From Lingula anatina (lineage: Eukaryota > Animalia > Brachiopoda): a DNA stretch of 64,000 nucleotides. The notes beneath the pieces are model-generated. The model did no database searches. It had not been told where the DNA came from and saw only the letters and a program-made list of their open reading frames with translations. Made by a program: the position numbers and the translations under genes. The DNA is taken from positions 23,608,225 through 23,672,224 of the forward strand of contig CM120640.1 of the NCBI GenBank assembly GCA_051362555.1, given 5' to 3'. This document shows, piece by piece, positions 49,501 to 61,915 of this stretch (the stretch's first letter is position 1; the number at the start of each line of letters is the position of its first letter).

Positions 49501-51539
49501 TTTTTCAGCTCGGTTACAACTGGTGCCTTTCACATTTCCATATTGTATGTAACATTTGGCTATCCGCTTAGGCTTATGATTGAAGTCATTTTTTAGTATA
49601 TACTGCAGAAATAATGAAAAGATAAAATTGTTTGACTCAATAGTTTTGTTTATTTTTTGGGTATAAATCTTGGCTTATTAGACTTCAATTGTGGTTGGGC
49701 TGGTTGATGGTATGCACCCTTTTATTTTTTTCTCACACTGCATTCTTGTAATTCCTTGAATCACCTCATAACATGTTTCTGTATTGAAAATATTGGATTA
49801 GTGGCGATTAAATAGTCAGTTTACTGATTGTAGCACCGCCTGATTATATGCAAACTATTTCAATCTGTCAAAGTTGGCGATAAATGCTTAATTGATTGAT
49901 TGGCAGCGCAGCTCCACCCGATTTTAGGTTATCGGCCATGTCCGTGTTGTTTCAGGTTCACAGGCTCTGCGTTCACTGGCTGCTCTATGCCTTATCTTTA
50001 CAAGATAACAATACAGTCTTCTACAAAAGTTCATAACTTGCAGTCATGTACAAGAAGATAATGTGCAATTTTCAGAAGGAAATTATTAACTGATTTTCGG
50101 TATTTTTCCGTGTATGATTTTATGTGCATTCAAGTTGATAATCAACTTGGATACCTAGGCAGTTTATCAAGAGCTGCTTGAAGTTGTTATTTTGCGAACA
50201 TATATGTATCATTATCGGATCTGAATTTCTTTATTTTATTTTGAACAAAGAGTCATCATATCCAAAATAAAGATATTTTTTCGGGAGTTGATACTCCTTA
50301 CCACAGATGGTCACAATGATAGTAACTATTTCTAACTTTTGGCAGTTTGTTGACCAACTTAGTCATAGGTGTTAAGTACATAGCTTATCAAATTTGGAAG
50401 AGTATCAATTTGGTGACACTTGACCCTTGGAGTATTAATTCTGTACTTGCTAGTGACTGAGGTTTGTCAGACTGGGTGCATGGTGTGAGGCAGGTAGACC
50501 TGTCTCTTTCAAGTACTAGTACCTAAGGTAAGAAGAGGCATGAGCGAACTTGGAATGTAGAACATGAGGTATAATTTTGATGTTGACTTGCCTTAGGGAT
50601 AACAGGACATACTTTTCTGTTAAGGCCAGATACCTGTTTGTACCAGATGGAAGACTCACTGTATAGATATACATGTAGCTGTCGCTAACATATTATGATC
50701 GTGCACCTGATGACAAACACTGAATATTTGCGAGTTTTTTTTTTTAGAAATGAATGAAAGGGTAGGAAACTTGTGTGCTATCTTCAGGTTATGCCTGGGT
50801 AAGGAACTCACTAGAAATAAAGATATGTTATTATTTTCCATGTATGGCATAATACATGAACTAATTTTCTATTTTTTATGAATTACATAAATTAGATTAT
50901 GGGCATCATTGATCTGCTTAGTGTATTACACCACCAATCAATACTTTAAATTCTCTCTCCATCTTTCCCTCTCTCTCTTTCTCTATTTCTTTCTTTCTCT
51001 CTCATACACACATTTATACTAGTTTACTGAAATTTTACCTTAAAGTGTTATAAATATCCACATGAATTTTTGTTTAAATAGTTTGTTAACTAGCCATTTA
51101 ATTATGTTCAGTGGTACTTTATTCAATTAGCAAGATATCGGATAAAGTGGGAAACACTGATGAGATTAATTAAGGTGGGTCTAGTAAACCAATCAAGATT
51201 CCTCATAGAATATCCTCAATAAGTAGATAAATCACATTAATTTAAGAAGAAAGGTATAGAGTTCCCTTTGATGACATAACATGGATCCTTTGTTCAAGAT
51301 ACCTTTTGTTGAGAGTTCATTCATATAATCTCGTACATTTGAATTACTAGCTTTAATTAGAATATTGCAGGCTTCCTTGAATTTTGTTCTTGATTGTAGA
51401 GCCTTGATGGTGTTTATTTTTTATCAAAATGAAATGTCATAAAGATTGTGGTTTGCACAGAATGCCATGACATTTTAAGGCAGGCATGGCTGTGCTTACA
51501 AAATACATTAGATGATATGAATTTTGATGTGGCATAAAC

Positions 51540-51541
<2 letters not shown>

Positions 51542-51590
<49 letters not shown>
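51542..51590. repeat. (AG)n microsatellite
   Basis: Direct reading. Confidence 0.9.
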
Positions 51591-51596
<6 letters not shown>

Positions 51597-54500
51597 AGGG
51601 AGACTTGGTGTCATGCACATACTGGTAATGAAACAATCATTTGACTCTGAAGGATAATAGAACATCATGGTGACTGTAATTGATGTGTGATTGGTTTGGC
51701 CAAGACATGCAATATTGATTTAATTCTACCATAAAATGAGAATATTTTCTTTCTTTTAGTTTGTTTATTGGTTGGGAGATACTCTTTTACAGGCATGACT
51801 CAATAGATTATGTATTTAAAGAAATTTTGAAGGACAGTCATTCCTGTACTAGATAACTAAAATTGTCTCAAGACCAACTAAGTTGAATTCAAGGGGGGTA
51901 TTGGTGGAAAACACATTTTAAGTTCCCAAACACAAAGATGTTTTATTGCGATAATTGTTTGAACTGTTTATGTCTGGAAAAGTGATAATTGTTACACTGT
52001 TCTGGGTGCTTTTGTAATATTTTATACAACCCGAGGATTCAATATAAAAGATTTAGCACCATTGCCACCTGTTTTCATTATTATCCTCTGTGTCTGATCT
52101 CAAATTTTAATGCTCTTTCTACAGCTAATGGAGTTCAAATGTTTTAAATGAATGAACCGAGAAGTCATTTGGTTATTATTTGCAAAACTTGTGCTATTTT
52201 GAACCAATTTTTTTTTTTTTTTTTTTTTTTTTTGCATACATGTTGATTGCTATTCATTTTTTTTTACTCATTGCAAATTTGTCCAGTTTAAATATAACAT
52301 TATAGAAACATGTTATTATGCACCAGGATGCATAATAGTTTGAAATCTTAGAACATAATTTTTTTCTGATGCATACATTAGAAAAAAATCATGTATTTGT
52401 GTCCATAGGCAGTACCACACCCACTCCTCCAGAGTTGAGCACTGACATGTGTACTTAGGTGGACTCATTATTCTTGGCTAGTCCCTCCATATCTTGGCAG
52501 CATTAGAACTTTTCTGGATTCAAATGATCATCATTTGACACTCTCCAAGTTTTCCTCAGGGCATTTCTCTCCAGAAAGTATCATTATGCTGGGTTATTTG
52601 GTTTGTTAGAGGATAAATGTTGCCAACTGGGTTATATATCAGTACTTATGTTTTCATGTCACCAATAAACTGATGGACTATGTATCAGTATTGTAGGCTC
52701 TGAAAGCATGCAGCTGATTTCCGGGCCTTTTGCCTAAGAAGTCCCATCCAGTGTTCTGAAGTGACCTTTATGTTATGTTTTGTGGGGTCATTTTAAGCAA
52801 TTGCAGAAATCCCATTAAAAGTACATGAGGAGTTTAAAATCAGTTTGCTTAATACCCTGAAAGGAGGAATCTGTTCTGGATATTTTCCAAGACTGTTTGT
52901 ATACTCTTGGGATCTACTGCCTGCTCTATGTATGGTGTAGCAGTATTGTTTAACCTATGCATTTATAGCTAAATGGCTGTCACAGGAAGTTATTCGTTAC
53001 TTTAAAAAAACTGTCTGTAAATCATTCCCCCTGGTTGTGTGCAGTCCAAGTAACTGTTAAAGTTGAATTTTAGGATGCAGTTTCTTTGCCAAAAAGTCAA
53101 GACACTATGATTACAGGTTATTTATTGGAGCTTACCTTGATGTTACTGGAGTTCATAAGAGCAAAAGAACCATTCATTCATCACTGCACAGTTCTCTGAC
53201 AGCATGTTAGCCTCATTAGTAAGGCTGGCCAGGGTTCGGACCATGTCCTAGGAAGTTGTAAAATTGACACCAGGTGTGTTTCTTACATTTCTTTTTTTCT
53301 CCATCATTCTCAACATAGGCCCTGGCCAGCTTTGTAAACTACTTGTAAATCAGTCATGTAGTTTTAATTATTGAAAATATTTTGAATGATTTCTTGCAAT
53401 TAGAGTTCTATATTATTTGTTATAATTTGTGTTATCTGAATTTGTTCATTTGAATTATGGTTTACATATACCTCAGTCTCTTTTTCCTATAAATCATCTC
53501 ACCAAAAACACTTTTGCATCTTTACTTCAGTTATTTCCCCATACAATTGAAAAATAATGTGCTTATCCTTGAGGGGGTGTCTTGTGCATTGAAAGAAATA
53601 AACATAATTGCTTTTTAACAAGAGGTGTAAAAAGCTTTTTTGAACAGCTATGTACTTCACACATATAAAGGTCAGGTGAATGTATTCTTTATTGCAGCCT
53701 TGACTGATGAAAGAGGAGTTCTGACAGGAAAAACTAGTTTGCCTCAGTCATTTTCCTAGGGGGCAGTTCAGAATGATAAAAAACAAAATTAAAATTTTCT
53801 TTGCTATGGGATTATACAAATTAATAGTCTTTGCATGCAATTGTATTGAACTGATGTCAAATACCTCCTTCCATGAGTTCCCATATTTTTGATAGGTTGA
53901 ACAAGGGATTTTGTTATGTGATGTGCAGTTTTGAGATGGTCCCACAAGGTAAAGCTAATTAGAACTGGCTTAGGGTTTAAAAAATAGCATCTGGCTGTTG
54001 GCATCATTTATGTAGATGATGGTTGTAAAGACAGAGTAGCGCTTGGATCTTTAGTTTGGGCATCTGTACCTGCCAGCTACACTTTCTGCAGACTTTTACA
54101 TGTAAATTTGTTGAGATAAAAGGCCTGGATTTTAAACAAATACACACTATGCAAGGAAGTCTAGATCTGAACATCCTATCATAGTTTCAAGAACGTTTTG
54201 GAACAGTTTCCAGAGAGTTATTTACATAGGATCTGATAGTAAGTATTTTTGTTGTTATTAGTGTTGTTTCGTGACACAGTTTTCAGTGAATGGCAATGTA
54301 TATTTGTAGAGGTACATGTAGGTTGATCTGTACTTAGATTACTTAAGTTGAGATTTTTATTGATTCATAGTGCACAAACATTATTGCAAAAAGCCAGCGG
54401 TTATAAATGTGTCAATATTCATCTCATTATTACTCAATAAAGATGTTTTTGTGCTTCTGGCATTATGCTGAATGTTTTATGTTGCTCTGTAGAATTCAAT

Positions 54501-57500
54501 ATAAATGGCAGATTAGCAAGTTATCATTGTTCTAAAAACATTATAAATATCTTTTCAACAACATCTTTATGTTCCTTGATAAGTATGTAGCCAAGTATTG
54601 TCTTTTGAGTTTGAGTAATACATTCTCATAAGGCATATAATTAAAAACAGGCCTTTTACTATCCACTGCATGTTTGTGCAGAAGTCAGAATACAGTACTG
54701 TAGACTTCTCCAAAGTAAGCAGATTCTGTTTTTTACAACAGGCAGATTTGTTTATTTACCGTTCATTAAGTGACCATGATCTGTGGGTTATCTGCAGTAT
54801 GTTCCTGGTGTACCTGGCTAATGAAGATGTTTCACAGTTCACTAAGGTCCCAGCAGGTCTGCAGGGAAAGTTTACACTGTTTCCTGTTGTTACCTGTGCA
54901 GGAATGCTTATTTAATGGCCCATTAAACCTGGCAACTGGCTGGGGAGCAGATAGTAAGATTCCATAACACACCAAGTCCCATTTACCTCCTATTTTTTGT
55001 GCTGTGTCTCGCATCCTTGTAATTTTGGAGGTGAGGGGAGAGAAAATCCCTGTAAAGCTTATGTGAATATGGACTTTTTTTGAAAGTTCTTCCTCAATCT
55101 TAACATGAGGGTTTGTAGGAAATAAAAGTGAAAATATGTGTATTAAGTTTGTGTAGGAATTAGTGACCATACTGACCACCATAAAGATGATGTAAGAAGC
55201 AGAACCTGAGGGATGGGTACACTATAACAGTGGTGTCAATATGTTTGAATTTGGTTATTTTGTTATCTTTATTGAGGCTTTGCAGAATTAAGAAAAATTG
55301 TCAGTGGTATTACATGGAAAAAAGGTTGCCACACTCCAGGCAAAGCTGAATCATCGGTGTCATATCCCTATTATATGCAGAATTAGCAGCGCTTAGGATA
55401 TTGATTAAATAATACTACCTTTAAGAAGCTTATTTCTGTAGCTAACTTGAGGCTAGTTGGAGTTTTCACCAGAGAGACCAAAAACTCCACCTTTTTGAAC
55501 AGAGCATGTGTGAAGAGAGATTTGAATTAACAAAGCTCATAATAGACACTAAAATATAGAATATATGCCACTTAAAAGGCCTGCAATATCTTCCTTGGCA
55601 CTGACTAATACATCCCAGCACAGTGTGGATTGAGCTTTTGTTTCTATTGGCTGTAAACTCTTCCTTCTCTCAATGCACTCTCGATGCACTCTCGACTGAT
55701 ACGAAGGATTATGTTAGGCACATATCCTTGTAGTTCTTATGCAGTGTTCAAGATAACAGTTTTTAATCTGGAGGTTAATGGCATAGACATCAGTACTTTT
55801 AGACCAGCCATTGAAGAATTTCATCTCTAAAAGTGAGTTCATGGGTGCTACTCTTATTATTGAGACAACTAAATAAAAGTTATCAGTTTCAGTGTAACCT
55901 TACAAAAACGTTGTATACAAGGATGTGCAGCTTCTGCCAGGGGAAGCTTTTGGGAATGCCTACCTTGGCCTGTTTATGTGTCATAACAGATTTTAAATGC
56001 AATTATGGCCTTGAGATACAGGCCAGGTAGGACCAACTTATGGAAATAATCCGATTCTGAGATACATGTAGTTCTGATAGTTTATAGTGTGGCTGTCAGT
56101 ATTGTGTGAATTATGTACTAGTACAAGACTAGAAAACTTGCGAGAACCCACATGAGGTGGGGCTAACCTTTTAGCAGCGAGGGCAAAACTCTGCGATGGA
56201 TTTGTCTTCTTACAAAACAAACATAAGTAACACTAAAAAAAGTGAATATGTACTGTTCTGCTTAAGACTGATTTTACAAAAAGTATCTGTGGATTTTACA
56301 AAAAGTATTCAGTCAACTTTTATTCGTTGCTTTACTGCATTTGCTAATCAGACATTATTTCCGACTCTGCTTTCCTCCCAATCAACCAAATTCTGCTTAA
56401 TTTTACACTACATTGTGAAACTTGGGCGATCTTAGGTCATTTCTACTTTGACTCCATGTTTTTGTTTTACTGTAGTATATGTAAACTAATTAGTTATTCA
56501 ATGAATATTTAATTATAGGTTAATGGTGAATCATGTTAGCAAAGTTTTTAAGGATTAGATGTTTTAACTTAAAAGATAATTGGAACATTTGGCATGTTGA
56601 TATCTAGTCAATATTTATTGGTTAAACAAAGAATTGTAGTAATAAGAACATCTGAAGAGACCTACTCTTGCATGGGATGGTATTTTACCAGCTGGTATAC
56701 ATTGATACATTTGGTTAACCCTTAAGATATATGAATATTCATTTACCTTGTGAGACCGAATATTTGAAATAATGATGGTAGGTACTGAAAATATTTTGAG
56801 TATCTAGGAACAGGGAAGAAGTTTTATGTACAGACTTAAAATCTCATACGCCAGACATAACATCGCCCACATCCTCTTTGACATTTCTTGTTTGCATATT
56901 GAAAATAACCGATTTCTGAGGCGCTTATCTAATAATCCTTAAAATGACGTAGAACTCTTTCTTTCATAAAAATCAAAGAATTGAGCAACTATTCAATGTA
57001 GATGTCAAAAATAATACTAAGACTCGAGACTCTAAGATCTGTGGGTTTTATTGTGTGGCTGATGGCATTGAAGAAAGGACAACAATTCTGATTTTTACGT
57101 AATTACCGCATAATGGCTTTGAATTGTTGATTATATCTATGCATGCAGTCTGTTATCCGGTTAGTTAGTCAAGATCTATCAGAAGAATAGGTTTCAACCA
57201 GCTGTTCCCTGGTGTGCAAACATTCAGCTGAAGATTGTTGAAGAAAACCAAAAGCAATCACGTTTCCTAAATGCTATTTAAAAGCATATGCTTTTTTTCC
57301 TACTTTCATTTTGCATAAAGTGTATTTTTGTGGTATTCTAAGTACAAAAGTATGTAAGCATGCAATGAAAGGTTGGAAAGGGGAGTATAATTTCTTTTTT
57401 ATTTGTTTAGAAGCATAATATCTACTTGCAGTTAAAATATGGGTGGATGTGAAAGATTTTCCTTGTGGTCATAGACTTCTTTATTTGCTGCATATACTGT

Positions 57501-59602
57501 CATATCACATTTGATTTACTGTTTCAGGTCTGTGAAGGTCTTATGAAAAACAAGATTTGAAGCACTCTTTGGATTTACTTCAAAGACATCTTGAACTGCA
57601 GTGACTCTGGAAGTCATGTTTCTTTGAAGATTCTGCACGCTGAGAGAGAAGTTGTAAAAGTACCCTCAAGTAAGTAGATGTCCCATTGTTCCTATTCTCA
57701 TTATGAATTAAAGAATTGTGGTAAAGCCATGTGGACATTGTGAATGTGCATGCATAGGGATGTGTGTGTGAGAGAGCCTGCATGCATACAAGAGAGAGAA
57801 TAGGTCTGGTTAGAAAATCTTTGAAGAGAGCTTACAAAGATGAATACAGAGTTAGGTTTATTTTGTTTTGACTTATTGAATATCATGCCATTTGATATTT
57901 TTTATCTCTCTGCTGATAGATAAGAAAGGTTAAATGTCTTTTACTTTTATTTTAGATTGTGTCTGTCCAGATAACCCATGTGTTCCAGCAAACATTTCAG
58001 GTTTTTTTTCATTATGCATATACCAGTCAAAGAAAAAAGGAACACAATATTAAGTCAAAGTTTAATGTGGCTGATATATTTCCTCTGTTTTTCTCTGAGA
58101 CATCTGAAAAAAAATGTGGTCAAAAAAAAAAAAAAAAAACAGATAAAAATAAACAGACTTTTTTTTTTGGTTTTTAGTGAATGACTGAGAGTGATTGTGA
58201 TTGATGGACTTCACACGAACTACTTTTTTGGCTCTTGAAACATGATTGATAGAACAACTACAGTAAAAAAAATGCAACATTTTCTCCCTTGCCAAAATGC
58301 AATAGATTTAGCAGGCATGACCAGTCCCTTTTGGTTTCTCTTCAGTGCCTTTTCATTGATATTCTTCTCAAATCTTTTTCTTTATTGATCAGAAATATGA
58401 AGAAAAGGAGGATATGTAATTGTACATCTAATGATTCCTTTCCATGTCATTAGCTGGCAAGTGAAGCCTGCGTGTATGAAATGACTCCTTATTAATGTAA
58501 ACCTTGCACAGATTTGTTTGAGCTATCTTTCAGCTGCACATGCAAGCAAATCTTGTCAGATCCTGCCTATTCACTTCTTGATGTATCACTACAAATATGT
58601 GAATAATGGCTGCGGATTAATATATGCACCATATTATGTTGTATCAATATCTGATTCTTTATCCTGGAAGTACGTAAGAGTAAATGGAAAAAAGAAAAAA
58701 AAAGCTTTTTTTTAATTTTGGTAAAATAATAGTGGTTCTTATGGTCGCTTGCTTTTAATGATGTTTTCTTTCTCAAGTAGAAAAAAATTGAAATATTCAA
58801 GTCCAATCGGCATTGCATGTAGGGAAGTTTGAATTGGCAATCACAGAAGTCATAACGGAAATGCATTCTTAAAGCAGGGTGGTTTGACAGGTCATCAGGG
58901 AACATTATTCAGTGAATGACTAGCATTTAAAAAGTATTGGCTATACATCGTTGTCATGGGAAACTTTTCTCTTTATGTCCAATAGTTTTTTTTTTCTGTA
59001 AGAAATATGAATTTGGGAGTTTGGGATAAGCCCTCATATTATGAGGTTTTGACTTCATATCACTTCACATTACTTACAGATTGCACCAATTAAGATCAAA
59101 ATGCATAAGGTCATATCTGCTTTCTGTAGTTGAAGTTTGTATAATATTATTCATTGGTCTTTCAACAATATTTGACAACCTGCATATTTTGAAAAAAAAA
59201 AGCTTTCAAATTTACTATTCAGAAACAATTCTCTTGTAGTGGATGTGCGTTTTACATAGATTGTTTTAAACGTGTAAAGCAATAAATTTTTTTAATTATT
59301 TTTGCACAAATAAAGTGTGCCATTTAGTTGGTCGATTCATAATCATGCAAGTAGCATGGGGTTAGGAGAAAGTAAGTGCGATTTCTTTCTCACACCAGAG
59401 ATATTGGTCATATTTTTAGAAGTGATATGTATTTTTAAACTAACAGTGGGCAGGCTTGATACCCAAGGCATTCTGGACCTAATTGATTTAGTGACCTAAA
59501 GCACAGGGAGTGAGACGGAGTCAGATGATATCATGGTGTCTAGAAGTACATTGTGTGTTGAGTACTACCACACACACGCACACAGACATACACACACTAA
59601 AA

Positions 59603-59767
59603 CAGGCCCGAAGCCAAGGGGTATGGGGGGTTCAAAAGAACTGCACTTTTTGCTGGAAAAAGGTCCACTCTGGGTAAAATTTGATCTAGGTACATGAAAA
59701 TTTTATGATGAAAGGTCTACTTTTTTAGAAAAGAACCCCCCATTTGAAATTGCTGGCTGTGGGCCTG
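59603..59767. mobile_element. hAT-like MITE, copy 2
   Basis: TIR CAGGCCC...GGGCCTG; homologous in opposite orientation to 37172-37337. Confidence 0.7.
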
Positions 59768-60636
59768 GTAAAGACAAAGCAATGCAAAGGTTCCAGAGTA
59801 TGGGCCTCTGCCAAAGCAAGTGTAGTTATTTGCGACAGATGGAACCTACACCAAACTATTTAGCAGCGGATCCATACCTGAGCAATTGCAGAAGATTATT
59901 GTGAGGAGATGATCTATAGCTATTGAACAACAGTAATGCAATGTAATTAGGCACCAAGAATGATGAAGTGTTAGCGTAAATTTATGGCCTACTTAATTTG
60001 AAGAAGCAGACGCTTGATTGCAATCCCTCAGAAATCTTGTCTACCAGTTTTTGTGCTGATAGCTACCAAGTTTTTTGTTTATTCAGTTTTTAAGTTAGGC
60101 CTAAAATGTTTTGTTGAAACTAATGAGATAAGGGCAATACTCTATATTTTTCGGTTTGATAAAGACATAAACTGTGTGACATCTTAATATAATACGTGTT
60201 TGTAGCCTATGAAGACAAGCAAATGACTACTGTGCAGCAAGGGCTGGATAAGAAAGTATAGAATCTACTCGTAATTCAAATAATGTAATTACTGGTATCA
60301 TCTTGCAGCTAGAGTGAAACGAAGGTTAAATGATAGTGAGACATACTAGCAGCGAACACACTAATGAAAATACACTCAGTGGCATTACTTGGGCTGATAT
60401 GCACATTAAAGGAGACATATCTGTCAAAAATCTTATAGGTGCAAGATTTTTCAAATTACAAGATAAGGAGATGAAATTCATGTACTGGGCAATCATTATA
60501 GCAGACAATTTGTAACCTTTTAATCACTTAATATTGTAATCATAAATGAAGAAAGTTTTGTAGAGCATGTTTTCAGAGCAAATAAGTAAAATAGGTAGAA
60601 TATTTAAAGTGACTCTGGTTTCTCTTCCACCCCTCC

Positions 60637-60809
60637 CTGGGGTAGCACTAACACTCGCCAATTTAGCCAAATGCTAAAACTGGCCTTAATTGGCTAAAGA
60701 AAACGGACTTGACTCGACTTGTTTTAGTCAAATTATAACCATTTTGATAACAAATTGACAAAAAATCGGTGATTTGGCTAAGCGAAAAAAATTGCTAGTG
60801 CTACCCCAG
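60637..60809. mobile_element. MITE with 14-bp perfect TIR and 5-bp TSD
   Basis: CTGGGGTAGCACTA...TAGTGCTACCCCAG flanked by CCTCC/CCTCC; internal TTAGCCAA/TTGGCTAA motifs. Confidence 0.8.
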
Positions 60810-61399
60810 CCTCCCCCCCCCTTTTCTGGATAGCACTCACATGTTTATATTAATTGATTGACTAAAGTTTTCATTTCCCTTCATTAAATCAATTGCTCTC
60901 AAGGTATCACTTTCGAAGCAAGAAAAGGAAAAAAAAATAGAGAGAGAGAGGGATAAAGGAAACTGTTGTCAGTGTCCTCTTGGCAGTAGCCAATACAGAT
61001 ATCTAGCAACTAGCCAGAGAGTATTGATTTTGCTAGAAATGATATCAAATGGAGTGGTAGAGATATTTTATTGAAATTCAACTTCAGCAAGCTGGTGCAA
61101 GTTACTCTGTGTTGGAGATCCTCCAGTCTGTTTTCTATTGATGAGAATGTGTTGCTTGGCCATTAATCCTTTATGTTTATGAAAGCATATTCCTGTATGC
61201 AGTTTTAGATATTCTTGTTTTCCTTTTAATTCCTGATCTCCTGGCTTCTAATTCTCTGAGGAATGGTGGGTATAGTAAGCTTTTCTCATCATGGGGAATT
61301 TTATCTCTTGCTCCGCTATCATGAAAAGTTTTGTAAAATCAGCTCAGTAGCTTCAGGAATAACATTTGAACAGCTTTTTTTCACCTCCTATATTATCGA

Positions 61400-61915
61400 T
61401 ATGCCCTTGCACATCCCACATGATAGATTTCTCAGTCACTGAAGTTAAAACTTCCTCACCCTAATGGTCCAGGAGGAGAAAGCTGAATTTGCAATATAAA
61501 GATTTAGAATCATCCCCCCCAGGGACAGCTCAACCCCCAGACACAGTAAAATTCCAAATTGTCCATGTACATCCCTGATGACGGGTTTATCAATCCCCAA
61601 ACTTGAACTTCCTCACTCCCAAAGTGTAGGAGGAGTTAGAAGAAATTATAGTGCAAAAATAATTAAGAATTAAACACCCCCAAAGACATCTCAAACTTGA
61701 ACTTCCTCACTCCCATAATGTAGGAGGAGTTAGAAGAAATTATGATGTAAAAAGAATTACGAATCAACCACCTCCCAGGGACAGTCCAACCCCTGTTGCA
61801 CTAAAATTCCAAAGTGCTCATGCACATCCCTGATGATAGGTCTATCAACCCCCAAAGTTTCAACTTCCTAACAATGCACAGACTCACAGACAGGCGGAAT
61901 AAAGTGATCCCCAAC
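61400..61915. repeat. Degenerate tandem-repeat array (satellite or Helentron-internal type)
   Basis: AACTTCCT occurs 4 times; CAAACTTGAACTTCCTCACTCCCA....GTAGGAGGAGTTAGAAGAAATTAT twice; CCCAGGGACAG...AAAATTCCAAA...CATCCCTGATGA twice; ends in ACAGAC repeats. Confidence 0.6.

Noticed and set aside
57558-57560. In-frame TGA as selenocysteine
   Set aside because: No selenoprotein-like context or homology is recognisable and no SECIS can be assessed; a plain stop is simpler.
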